From contig JANQOQ010000008.1 of NCBI GenBank assembly GCA_028285755.1, forward strand, positions 897,399 through 961,398: 64,000 bases of DNA, written 5' to 3'. The notes below the pieces were generated by a model. The model had not been told where the DNA came from. It did no database searches and saw only the letters and a list, made by a program, of their open reading frames with translations. The translations under genes and the position numbers were made by a program. Origin of the DNA: Puniceicoccaceae bacterium. Its GTDB lineage: Bacteria; Verrucomicrobiota; Verrucomicrobiia; Opitutales; JAFGAQ01. Positions 46,889-55,555 of the stretch are shown here, piece by piece. Numbering within the stretch: position 1 is the stretch's first letter; the number at the start of each line of letters is the position of its first letter.

Positions 46889-47826
46889 TAAGTGCTCACC
46901 TCCATCTCATTACGGGGGTGATATACGGAGTGTTCCTCCAATTTGCGGGCAATATCCACTGCAGTGTAAATCTGCGTCGTTGAAATATCAGAATGCCCCA
47001 ATAGTTCCTGAATGATACGCAGATCCGCGCCCCCGCTGAGTAAATGGGTCGCGAATGAATGCCGCAGGCTGTGCGGGGTTATGTTCTCGTCGATGCCCGC
47101 CTGCTTCGCATACTGCTTGATGAGGTGCCATACGGTCTTACGGGATATCGCCTTGCCCAGACGACTTAGAAAGAGCTCACTACCGGTATTGTTTTTGACC
47201 AGGCTGGGTCTACCACCGGAAAGATAATCCCTCACTGCTTTCAACGCAGGTGCCCCCACCGGGCTAAGGCGTTCCTTGGCCCCCTTGCCGAATACGCGTA
47301 TGAATCCCTCTTCGTAGTTAATGGAGGTAAAGGTTAGTGAACAAAGCTCAGTAACCCGGAGCCCGCTGCTGTAGGTAAGCTCAAGGATCGCACGATCACG
47401 TAATCCGATCGGGGTACTCAGATTCGGGCATTCGAAAAGCTTTTCAATAGCCTCCAGACTTAATGCATGCGGTAACTTCTTTTCAGATCGGGGGCGACTG
47501 AGGGATTCTGTGAAATCCCTATCGATGGCAGATTCCTTGAGAAGAAACTTGGCAAACGATTTGAGTGCTGAGTGTTTACGGGCGATGGATCGATTCACCA
47601 AATCGCTCTCACCGAGATGTTGTGACCAGCGCGTTAGGTGTGCTGCGTTCACCCCCTTCCATTCAGATATACCCTCAGACATTAATACCTTTGCACATTG
47701 CTCAATATCTTTGCGGTAGTTACTTACCGTCTCTTTAGATAGTCCTCTTTCGAGTGTCATCCAGTGCTCGAAATCTTCGATTGCGGCCACCATTGGTTGG
47801 CTAATGGGCTGAGCTTTCGAGTTCAT
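46888..47826 (-). CDS. tyrosine site-specific recombinase, XerC/XerD family
   Basis: 312 aa with N-terminal LERGLSKETVSNYRKDI and catalytic region HSLRHSFATHLLSGGADLRIIQELLGHSDISTTQIYTAV. Its TAA shares base 46888 with the ydbH-like ATG. Confidence 0.9.
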   Translation of the reverse strand: MNSKAQPISQPMVAAIEDFEHWMTLERGLSKETVSNYRKDIEQCAKVLMSEGISEWKGVNAAHLTRWSQHLGESDLVNRSIARKHSALKSFAKFLLKESAIDRDFTESLSRPRSEKKLPHALSLEAIEKLFECPNLSTPIGLRDRAILELTYSSGLRVTELCSLTFTSINYEEGFIRVFGKGAKERLSPVGAPALKAVRDYLSGGRPSLVKNNTGSELFLSRLGKAISRKTVWHLIKQYAKQAGIDENITPHSLRHSFATHLLSGGADLRIIQELLGHSDISTTQIYTAVDIARKLEEHSVYHPRNEMEVST

Positions 47827-47894
47827 TATGGGTTATGTGTGGATGCGTTTATTAGGTTGGAATATCAGCAAATTTTACTCAATTTATTGAAGCT

Positions 47895-49457
47895 ATGAAG
47901 ACTCACTCGGCTATTTACCATAAGAAAAAGATTTGGAAAATGGGGTGGGTCGCTCTCATGGTTGCAGGGTTTATTATGAATTGTGGGGCGAGTCAATTAC
48001 GAGTCGCTCTCTCCCATGAAATATCCAATATCGATCCTCAGGCGACCTCTTCGGTAGAGGCGATTAAGGTGCAGTCTGCACTCTTTGAAACTTTGGTGAT
48101 CGTCGATAGCAAGACGGGTGAAATACAGCCTTTTGCCGCTCAGTCCTGGAGTGTATCACAGGACGGCTTGGTCTACGATTTTATACTCAGGGATGATTTG
48201 AGATGGTCGGACGGTTCGCCCATCACTGCTCATGATTATGTATTTACCTTTAAGCGATTGTTGCAGCCTGGTTTAGCGGCTCCTTTCAGTAGTCTCTATT
48301 TCGTAATAGTTGGTGCAGAAGCATTTAATGCATCTGGGTCAGACGATTTTGATGATGTTGGGGTGAAAGCAATCAATGATCTCCAACTCAGGATTACGCT
48401 CAACCTGGCGACCCCCTATTTCCTGACGCTGCTTTGCCGTCCCTGCGTGGGAGTAATACATCAGGGGAGCGTATTGGCTGCGGGCGAGCTAGATTCCCGC
48501 TTATCTGCCTGGGCGCAAACTTCGGACTTTATCACCAGCGGGCCCTATAAACTACAATCGTGGGAGGTGAATCGGGCCATAAGCCTCAGTCCGAATCCAT
48601 ACCACCGTTCCTATCGGGATTTACAGGCACGTGAAATTGTCTTTTACCCTATGGAAAGTGCCTACTTGCAAGAGCGGGCTTTTTTGAAGGATGTCGTAGA
48701 CGTTACCTCCAAATTAGCGTCTGAGCGGATTGCCGCTTATGAGGAGTCTCCCTATTTAGTCAAAGATCCGGAACTGGGAACATTTTATCTCGTGATCAAC
48801 CATCAGCGCGATGAAATGCGGAGGCTTGAGAACCGTTTAGCTCTTAACGCTACGATCCAAAAGGACTATGTAGTGAAGTATCTGCGCAAACGGGGAGAAT
48901 TGCCCGCGGATGCCTTTTCTCCGCCAGCGTGGGCGCAATACAAACCAGCTTATAAGTCGACATCGATTGTGAGCCATCAGTTTACGGGACAGCTTACATT
49001 AATCATCGCATCCTCAGCGATGAATCAGGTCATCGCCGAAGCGCTCCAAGCGATGTGGATGGAAAATCTGGGAATTCAGGTGAATATCGAAGCTCAGGAA
49101 GCAAAGAGTTATTTTCAACGCCGTTCAGAAGGCGATTTTGACTTATGTCTGGGCAGCTGGATAGGAGATTATTTTGACCCTCTAACCTTTTTGGAAATTT
49201 GGCGCAGTGATTCCCCTAACAACTTTGCTAGCTGGCACAATACCGATTTCGATGGGTTACTCGATCATGCAGCGACCGTAATTGGAGTTGAAGATCGCTA
49301 CAATGTGCTCCGAAGCGCTGAGCAAATGCTTATTGATCAACAAGTCATCATACCGCTATTTTATCTCAATCGGGTCTACTTGAGGAAACCACATGTTCAT
49401 TACTGGCCACAGACGATTTTAAACACGGTAAATTATGCTCAAATAGTTTTGCATTGA
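47895..49457 (+). CDS. ABC transporter substrate-binding protein, family 5 (peptide/nickel type)
   Basis: 520 aa with a signal/lipobox-like N-terminus (VAGFIMNCG). Length and motifs (WSDGSPITAHDYVFTFKR, PNPYH) fit OppA/DppA-type binding proteins. No permease or ATPase genes are adjacent. Confidence 0.8.
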   Translation: MKTHSAIYHKKKIWKMGWVALMVAGFIMNCGASQLRVALSHEISNIDPQATSSVEAIKVQSALFETLVIVDSKTGEIQPFAAQSWSVSQDGLVYDFILRDDLRWSDGSPITAHDYVFTFKRLLQPGLAAPFSSLYFVIVGAEAFNASGSDDFDDVGVKAINDLQLRITLNLATPYFLTLLCRPCVGVIHQGSVLAAGELDSRLSAWAQTSDFITSGPYKLQSWEVNRAISLSPNPYHRSYRDLQAREIVFYPMESAYLQERAFLKDVVDVTSKLASERIAAYEESPYLVKDPELGTFYLVINHQRDEMRRLENRLALNATIQKDYVVKYLRKRGELPADAFSPPAWAQYKPAYKSTSIVSHQFTGQLTLIIASSAMNQVIAEALQAMWMENLGIQVNIEAQEAKSYFQRRSEGDFDLCLGSWIGDYFDPLTFLEIWRSDSPNNFASWHNTDFDGLLDHAATVIGVEDRYNVLRSAEQMLIDQQVIIPLFYLNRVYLRKPHVHYWPQTILNTVNYAQIVLH

Positions 49458-49489
49458 GCGGTCAGGAAAGAATTTTGTAAATATTAGAC

Positions 49490-51124
49490 ATGCGAGGTCG
49501 TTACAGGCACACTGGTTTCTATAGTTCTGAAGCAGGTATTGCAGGCGCATGGATGCGCGATAAGGCGGTGGTCGAGTTTACTACTGAGAAGCCGTTAAAG
49601 GATCTCCAGATCGATTTCGATTTTAGAGAGCTTCCGGGAATAGATTCTGCCGGAGGGTACGATCCCTCTTTGGGATTTAAGGTTAAAATCAATGGGAAGC
49701 GGGTGCTCACCCAATCTGCATTAAATTCGGATAAGAACCGACTTGCCCAATATCATCTGCCCGGTGGAGCCTTAAAGCTGGAGATAGAGTTGACGGGGGT
49801 TGGGTTCAGTAATTTTAAGGCGATGCTCGGTCGCAAATGGGAAACCCTTTCTCTGGTACCGAAATCCTGGCGTGATCACCTACAACCCTTTCGCAAACAG
49901 TTGAGAAATCGTTCGATTGTATTCAAGAAAATTACCATAAATGGGGAGTGCCTGCTGGATTTTGATTCATTTCACAATGCCTTTACCACGGCATACATAC
50001 TCAATCATGGGAACCTGGGCCTTAATATTCTCGGCTGGTATCATGGGCTTTTGGGGGTTGCTGAGTCTGCCCGGGCCTGCTGGAGAGCTGCCCGTGCGGT
50101 GAATTTGCGTACGGCTGCCGTTCCTTTAAATGTAAAGCTTGTTGGATCCCAGTCACCTGCGTTGTTTGATGACTCGTTATTGGGGAATGGGCCCTATCCG
50201 ATCTCTATCTCTCATATCGATGCACCCTTATCGTTCGATTTGCTTCAAAATCATGCAGATCTCTTTGATGATGACCATCACAAGGTTGGGTATTGGGCAT
50301 GGGAACTCCCTGAGTTTCCGGATAGTTGGGTCCGCTACAGCAGTGTGTTTGATGAAATCTGGTGCCCCTCTGAGTTTTGCCGACAAGCCTTAAGCGTTAA
50401 GCTGCCCGTTCCCGTATTCAAGATGCCCCATGCGATTGAGGTTCCTTTGGTGGAGCGCACGAGTGTTGAAATACGGGATCATTTCAAACTGCCGCAAAAT
50501 ACATTTCTATTCCTGTTTACTTTTGATTTTAATAGCTATACCCCCCGTAAAAACCCCGAGGCAGTTATTCAGGCTTTTAGGGAGGCCTTTGATGGCAGTT
50601 CTCTGGATGTAGGCTTGGTGATTAAAGTGCATGGCAAGGGGTATCAGGCACAGGAAAAAGAGCAGCTACAGCAGCTTATCGAAGGTTTACCCAATAGTAC
50701 GATTATCGATCGTTTATTGACGCGCAAAGAGTTAACGGAGCTTCAATATACTTGTGACAGCTTTGTGTCTTTGCACCGATCCGAGGGTTTCGGCCTCGCC
50801 GTAGCCGAGATGATGGCACTGGGCAAACCTGTGATCTCTACAAATTGGTCCGCGACTGCAGAATTCCTGAATGAAAGCAATGGCTGCCCCGTCAGGGCAG
50901 ATTTGGTAAAAATCGAGCGTAATATCGGTCCCTATTCTGCGGGCCAATATTGGGCAGATCCTGATATTTCTCATGCAGCCGAATACATGCAGCGCATACA
51001 TCAGGATAGTGATTTTCGACAAAGCATCTCAGAAAAAGCTCAAATAGATATTAAAGAACACTTTTCACCGCAGGTGATCGGAAAAAAGTATATTCAACGC
51101 GTAAAAGCAATTGCGCTTTTCTAA
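49490..51124 (+). CDS. group-1 (GT4-like) glycosyltransferase with a long N-terminal extension
   Basis: 544 aa. The C-terminal part has VSLHRSEGFGLAVAEMMALGKPVISTNWSATAEFL, the E-x7-E region of GT-B/GT4 enzymes. I do not recognise the first roughly 200 aa. Confidence 0.75.
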   Translation: MRGRYRHTGFYSSEAGIAGAWMRDKAVVEFTTEKPLKDLQIDFDFRELPGIDSAGGYDPSLGFKVKINGKRVLTQSALNSDKNRLAQYHLPGGALKLEIELTGVGFSNFKAMLGRKWETLSLVPKSWRDHLQPFRKQLRNRSIVFKKITINGECLLDFDSFHNAFTTAYILNHGNLGLNILGWYHGLLGVAESARACWRAARAVNLRTAAVPLNVKLVGSQSPALFDDSLLGNGPYPISISHIDAPLSFDLLQNHADLFDDDHHKVGYWAWELPEFPDSWVRYSSVFDEIWCPSEFCRQALSVKLPVPVFKMPHAIEVPLVERTSVEIRDHFKLPQNTFLFLFTFDFNSYTPRKNPEAVIQAFREAFDGSSLDVGLVIKVHGKGYQAQEKEQLQQLIEGLPNSTIIDRLLTRKELTELQYTCDSFVSLHRSEGFGLAVAEMMALGKPVISTNWSATAEFLNESNGCPVRADLVKIERNIGPYSAGQYWADPDISHAAEYMQRIHQDSDFRQSISEKAQIDIKEHFSPQVIGKKYIQRVKAIALF

Positions 51125-51148
51125 AGAGTTTATTTTGAAAGGACTATC

Positions 51149-52201
51149 ATGCCAACAATCTTAGTTACAGGTTCCTCTGGCTTAATCGGTTCGGAAGTGT
51201 GCGTATATTTTGGTTCGCAGGGATACACCGTGCACGGCGTAGATAATAATCAACGTGCAGTGTTTTTTGGACCCAATGGAGATACCCGGTGGAATCAACA
51301 GCGCCTGGAGTCAGCGCTGGGTGACTTCCATCACCATGAGCTGGATATTCGGGACCGTGAGGGCGTTCTGAAATTGATTGAGACACTGAAGCCGGATTGT
51401 GTAGTGCATACGGCCGCCCAACCTTCCCATGATCGTGCGGCTGCCATACCCTTTGATGATTTTGATACGAATGCGGTCGGCACCCTGAACCTCTTAGAGG
51501 CTACCCGCCGTCATATCCCGGAGTCACCCTTTGTGCACATGTCCACCAATAAGGTCTACGGGGACCGTCCTAATTTGATTAAACTCAAGGAGCTGGAGAC
51601 TCGTTATGACTACGATGATGCGGATTATGAACATGGCATCGCTGAAACGTTTTCCATAGATCAGTCCAAGCACTCGCTGTTTGGAGCTTCAAAGGTTGCT
51701 GCGGATGTCATGGTGCAGGAATACGGGCGCTACTTTGATATGCCCACCTGCTGTTTGCGTGGCGGTTGCCTGACGGGGCCCAATCACTCAGGTGTTGAGC
51801 TCCATGGGTTCCTCAGCTACCTGGTTAAATGTAATTTGGAGGGTAGGGAATACAAGGTATTCGGTTATAAGGGTAAACAGGTGCGTGACAATATTCACTC
51901 GCAGGATGTCGCCAAATTTATCCACGCATTTATCCGGGCTCCGCGCGTTGGCGAAGTTTATAATTTGGGTGGTGGTAAGGAAAACTCCTGCTCCATACTT
52001 GAGGCCTTTAAAATTGCCGAATCCATCAGCGGTAAAGCACAAATTTACCAATATGTGGACGATAATCGTATCGGCGATCACATTTGTTACTACAGTGATC
52101 TTTCCAAAATGCGTGCCCATTACCCGGAATGGGACATCCGCATACCCCTCGAGCAGATATTTCAGGAAATTGTTGAATCGTGGAGAGCAAGAACTGCTTA
52201 G
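51149..52201 (+). CDS. NAD-dependent sugar epimerase/dehydratase (extended SDR; CDP-paratose-2-epimerase-like)
   Basis: 350 aa with the Rossmann motif [12 protein letters not shown], the catalytic S...YxxxK (FGASKVAAD), and [13 protein letters not shown]. Confidence 0.85.
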   Translation: MPTILVTGSSGLIGSEVCVYFGSQGYTVHGVDNNQRAVFFGPNGDTRWNQQRLESALGDFHHHELDIRDREGVLKLIETLKPDCVVHTAAQPSHDRAAAIPFDDFDTNAVGTLNLLEATRRHIPESPFVHMSTNKVYGDRPNLIKLKELETRYDYDDADYEHGIAETFSIDQSKHSLFGASKVAADVMVQEYGRYFDMPTCCLRGGCLTGPNHSGVELHGFLSYLVKCNLEGREYKVFGYKGKQVRDNIHSQDVAKFIHAFIRAPRVGEVYNLGGGKENSCSILEAFKIAESISGKAQIYQYVDDNRIGDHICYYSDLSKMRAHYPEWDIRIPLEQIFQEIVESWRARTA

Positions 52202-52210
52202 CCGTTTTAT

Positions 52211-53854
52211 CTAGCTGGCAATTTTAAATCGGTTCACTGAGCTGATGAGATTTTGGCTGATACCACTCAACTCCTGGGCATTTTCGTGATCGTCCGATGC
52301 CGCTTTTCTGGTGTGGGTTGCGTCTACTTTAAATTGGTTGATGTGCTCTGATATCGAGCGGCTTGCATTTGCATTCTCAGTAATATACTCAGAGATTTTC
52401 TCAATCTGGGAGTTCAGGTTTTGAGTAATCTTAGAGACTTCATTCGAGGTAATGGACTGCTCTTCAACGGCTGCTGATATCGACTGGGCGATGGTGTTTA
52501 CTTCCTCTATAAGATGGGTGATCGACTCGATCGACTCAATGGCTCCATTTGTCGTGTTTTGAATATTCTCGACCTGCAGGGCAATCTGTTCGGTTGCAGT
52601 ACTGGTTTGTTTTGCCAGTTCTTTAACTTCGTTGGCAACCACGGCAAACCCCTTGCCGGCTTCACCGGCACTTGCGGCTTCAATGGTCGCATTGAGTGCG
52701 AGTAAGTTAGTTTGACCGGCAATTTGGTTGATCAGGTCTATGATTTTCCCGATTTCATTAGCAGCATTCCCCAGATTTTGAACGGTTTTACTGGTTTGCT
52801 TGGCTTCTTCGCTGGCTGTCGTGGTCATTTCTGCTTCCTTGATGCAGTTTACGGCTACTTCGTGGATGGAATTACTCATCTGACTGACCGATTCGGTCAC
52901 TGATACAGCCGAAGCTCTCATCGCTTCCGACTCGCTATTTAATTCTTCGGAAACTTGATAGAGTTTTTCACAGTCATCGGATGCGGCGGTTGCCTTGTTA
53001 CTGATCTCATTTGCGGAGCTATCCAGTTGCTGAGAACTATCTATCAGGTGGCTGGCATTTGTATTCAGCGAAAAGGATTGGTTTTTAATGTTGCCGATGA
53101 TAGTTCGAAAATTATCTGCCATCAAATTAATAGCATCTGCCAACTGGGCATATTCATCTCTTTGCTTAATCTCTATGTTAGCGGATAAGTCATGATTGGC
53201 CATGCTTTCCAAACCCGATATTGTTTTTTTAAGCGGGCTCATGATCCGTCTCATAACGAATTGGTTAACGACCATGATACCGATAAATGCGAGAAGCAAA
53301 ATGACAGATTGGATCTCAAATATCAAAGTACCGGTTTCTGAGATATTATCCAATCTACTTTTTGAGTAGGTTTCCCAGGATTTTACTGCAATATTCATTG
53401 CCGCCAGTAACTCCCCGTTATGGGCGACAATGTAGTCCAATGCCTCAAAAGTAGCCGGATCTTCGAGTGAATTATTAATCAGAATATCTATGGAGGCTCT
53501 GAATGGCTCCCAGAGTTTTACCACCTGATTAAGGTTTTGTTTAATTTCATCGTTGGGTGCTGCCGTTATATGTTGAGCTTCATTACCCTGGATGAGCATT
53601 TGCAACGCGCCATCAAACTCATCCCTGGATACTTTGAGTAGTTGGGCTTTTGATTCATCGAGTGTGCTGAAGTACTCGAGCGCCTCCTTTGACATTCTTT
53701 GGCTAAGCATTCGTTGCTTGCCGGCTAAATTAATGGCTACTCCATCATTACTGATGTTTTCCAATTTAGGAGCGGCAAAATTGATTACAAAAATAATACT
53801 AAATGCCACTGCAATCAGTAGTGTGTTGATAATAAGTATAGAACGGATCTTCAT
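52211..53854 (-). CDS. methyl-accepting chemotaxis protein with PilJ/NarX-type sensor
   Basis: 547 aa with TM1, a periplasmic helical sensor containing [19 protein letters not shown]2, HAMP, and the signalling hairpin [37 protein letters not shown]. Confidence 0.92.
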   Translation of the reverse strand: MKIRSILIINTLLIAVAFSIIFVINFAAPKLENISNDGVAINLAGKQRMLSQRMSKEALEYFSTLDESKAQLLKVSRDEFDGALQMLIQGNEAQHITAAPNDEIKQNLNQVVKLWEPFRASIDILINNSLEDPATFEALDYIVAHNGELLAAMNIAVKSWETYSKSRLDNISETGTLIFEIQSVILLLAFIGIMVVNQFVMRRIMSPLKKTISGLESMANHDLSANIEIKQRDEYAQLADAINLMADNFRTIIGNIKNQSFSLNTNASHLIDSSQQLDSSANEISNKATAASDDCEKLYQVSEELNSESEAMRASAVSVTESVSQMSNSIHEVAVNCIKEAEMTTTASEEAKQTSKTVQNLGNAANEIGKIIDLINQIAGQTNLLALNATIEAASAGEAGKGFAVVANEVKELAKQTSTATEQIALQVENIQNTTNGAIESIESITHLIEEVNTIAQSISAAVEEQSITSNEVSKITQNLNSQIEKISEYITENANASRSISEHINQFKVDATHTRKAASDDHENAQELSGISQNLISSVNRFKIAS

Positions 53855-53969
53855 TTAAATGCCCCCTTATTGTACTACACTTATACGGTTGATAGGGTTT
53901 TCTATTAAGCGAATTTGTGATTCAACTAAGAAATATTTCAGCAACTGTATCTTCCCATTAGCAACTGCT

Positions 53970-54638
53970 CTAGTACATGGGCTTCTTTACGATTTCACCG
54001 GGAGCTATGTATCCACGAGCGAAAAGGGTAGGTAGAACGGCAGCCCCCTTACCCAGCAGTGTGCCGGGATTCATAACTGCATTGCAGCCAATCTCAACGT
54101 TTTCACCTATGATTGCACCTAACTTACGCAACTCGGTTTGATGGATGCCATTAGGTAATCGCAGACGTACGTTTTTCCGGTCCTGGCGCACATTCGCAAG
54201 GATTACCCCGGCACCGAGATGGACCTTGGTTCCCAATATCGAGTCACCCACATAGTTGAAGTGGGCGGTCTCCACTTTGTCCATGAGGAGCGAGTTTTTA
54301 TACTCACAGGAGTTGCCGAGTACGCACCTGCTACCGGCAATTACATTTCCCCGGATATAGACCCCAGGCCTCAGCTCGCAATCGGGACCGATAAAGGCAG
54401 GCCCCTCGATGTAGCCGTACGGGGGCAGGCTGACGCCCGGACCGATGTAGATCTGGCCTTTGATTGTTAAACCGGGAGGAATCTCAGCAGGTGGTTGAGC
54501 TTCTGTCCGATCAGTAAAATAAGCCTTCAGGGCCTCTTTGATCTGAGGGATCCAACTCCAGGGGGAGGCCTCCGGATCAAAGTAGTCTGAGAAAGTATTG
54601 AGACTATCGGGTAATTCAAAAAAATCCTTGGCTTTCAT
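53970..54638 (-). CDS. left-handed beta-helix (hexapeptide-repeat) protein, GlmU-C-terminal-like acyl/nucleotidyl-transferase fold
   Basis: 222 aa with imperfect hexapeptide repeats (IGPGVSL, IEGPAFIGPDCEL, IRGNVIAGSRCVLGNSCEY, VGDSILGTKVHLGAGVIL, IGENVEIGCNAVM). ATGA start/stop overlap with the upstream transglutaminase gene (54635-54638). Confidence 0.65.
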   Translation of the reverse strand: MKAKDFFELPDSLNTFSDYFDPEASPWSWIPQIKEALKAYFTDRTEAQPPAEIPPGLTIKGQIYIGPGVSLPPYGYIEGPAFIGPDCELRPGVYIRGNVIAGSRCVLGNSCEYKNSLLMDKVETAHFNYVGDSILGTKVHLGAGVILANVRQDRKNVRLRLPNGIHQTELRKLGAIIGENVEIGCNAVMNPGTLLGKGAAVLPTLFARGYIAPGEIVKKPMY

Positions 54639-55555
54639 TGGCTTTGTTGTTGGTTGTTCACGGGCTTAATCGGATCTACGCTGACTTCCACTAAAAGTTG
54701 GCTGGGTCCCCCTCCAGTGATAGCACCCTTTACCATGCTCACGTCATTAAAATCTCTCCCCGCCGCTACACGTATGTGCTGGTTGGATACAACCAGGTTG
54801 TTTGTGGGGTCAACATCGATCCAACCATAGCCCGGTATAAAGACAGCCACCCATGCGTGGGATGCATCCGATCCCGCGAGCCGGGATTGGCCTTCGGGTG
54901 TCAGGGTTAAGAGATAACCGCTGACATAACGTGCGGGGAGGTTCATGTTGCGGATTGCCGCTATCATCAAGTGTGCAAAATCCTGGCAAACACCACGTTT
55001 CAACTTCAGAACGTCGCTGACGGGTGTTGCGATATCGGTGGCTTTCGGGTCAAATTCAAACTCCTTGTATATGTATTCATTCAGTTCGAGGACACTTTGC
55101 AAAAATGACTTAGAATCTTCAAAGAAGGGTTGCGCAAATGATTCGATTTCTTCGGATTCGGGAACTAGTGATGAAGGATAAATATACTGGAGCGCATCGA
55201 GTATACTGCGATTGCGGATGCCATGCAGCGATTTTTTCACTTGCAGGCAGGTTGTAGTAAGCTCATCCGCCGGAGGGGTGCTATCATAAACGGTGGCCTT
55301 AAATTCATTAACGACTTCAAAGACTTCATGGAATTCCTGGATTGAGAAGAAGCCTACACGATTGCCAAAAAAGTCCTTTCGCTCGGTATAATCCAGTGGG
55401 TTTGGAGTGATACTGATACGGTAGTCTTCAATCTCCTGATATCTTTGCGTATTAGGCGGGCGCAAACATACCGAATGGTAGGACTGTGAGACCGGAAAGG
55501 TGTAGTCATACCGCGTGCGGTGCGTAAGTTGGTAGTGATGGGGGATTGAGCTCAT
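54635..55555 (-). CDS. transglutaminase-like cysteine protease family protein (Bact_transglu_N + core)
   Basis: 306 aa with N-terminal YQLTHRTRYDYTFPVSQSYHSVCLRP and a Cys/His/Asp triad context: RGVCQDFAHL, SHAWVAVFIPGYGWIDVDPTN. Confidence 0.85.
   Translation of the reverse strand: MSSIPHHYQLTHRTRYDYTFPVSQSYHSVCLRPPNTQRYQEIEDYRISITPNPLDYTERKDFFGNRVGFFSIQEFHEVFEVVNEFKATVYDSTPPADELTTTCLQVKKSLHGIRNRSILDALQYIYPSSLVPESEEIESFAQPFFEDSKSFLQSVLELNEYIYKEFEFDPKATDIATPVSDVLKLKRGVCQDFAHLMIAAIRNMNLPARYVSGYLLTLTPEGQSRLAGSDASHAWVAVFIPGYGWIDVDPTNNLVVSNQHIRVAAGRDFNDVSMVKGAITGGGPSQLLVEVSVDPIKPVNNQQQSQ

Noticed and set aside
46888-47826. Tyrosine recombinase considered as a marker of an integrated mobile element or genomic-island boundary.
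   Set aside because: The sequence has the XerC/XerD-type N-terminus and catalytic region. There is no adjacent tRNA, no direct repeats seen, and no phage or transposon genes. The neighbours are housekeeping-type envelope genes.
53855-53969. Possible sigma-28 (FliA) promoter and an AGCAACTG direct repeat upstream of the MCP gene.
   Set aside because: The best -10-like string (CCGTATAA on the minus strand) needs an indel to fit GCCGATAA, and there is no convincing TAAA -35 at the right spacing. The 8-mer repeat occurs only twice and may be chance.
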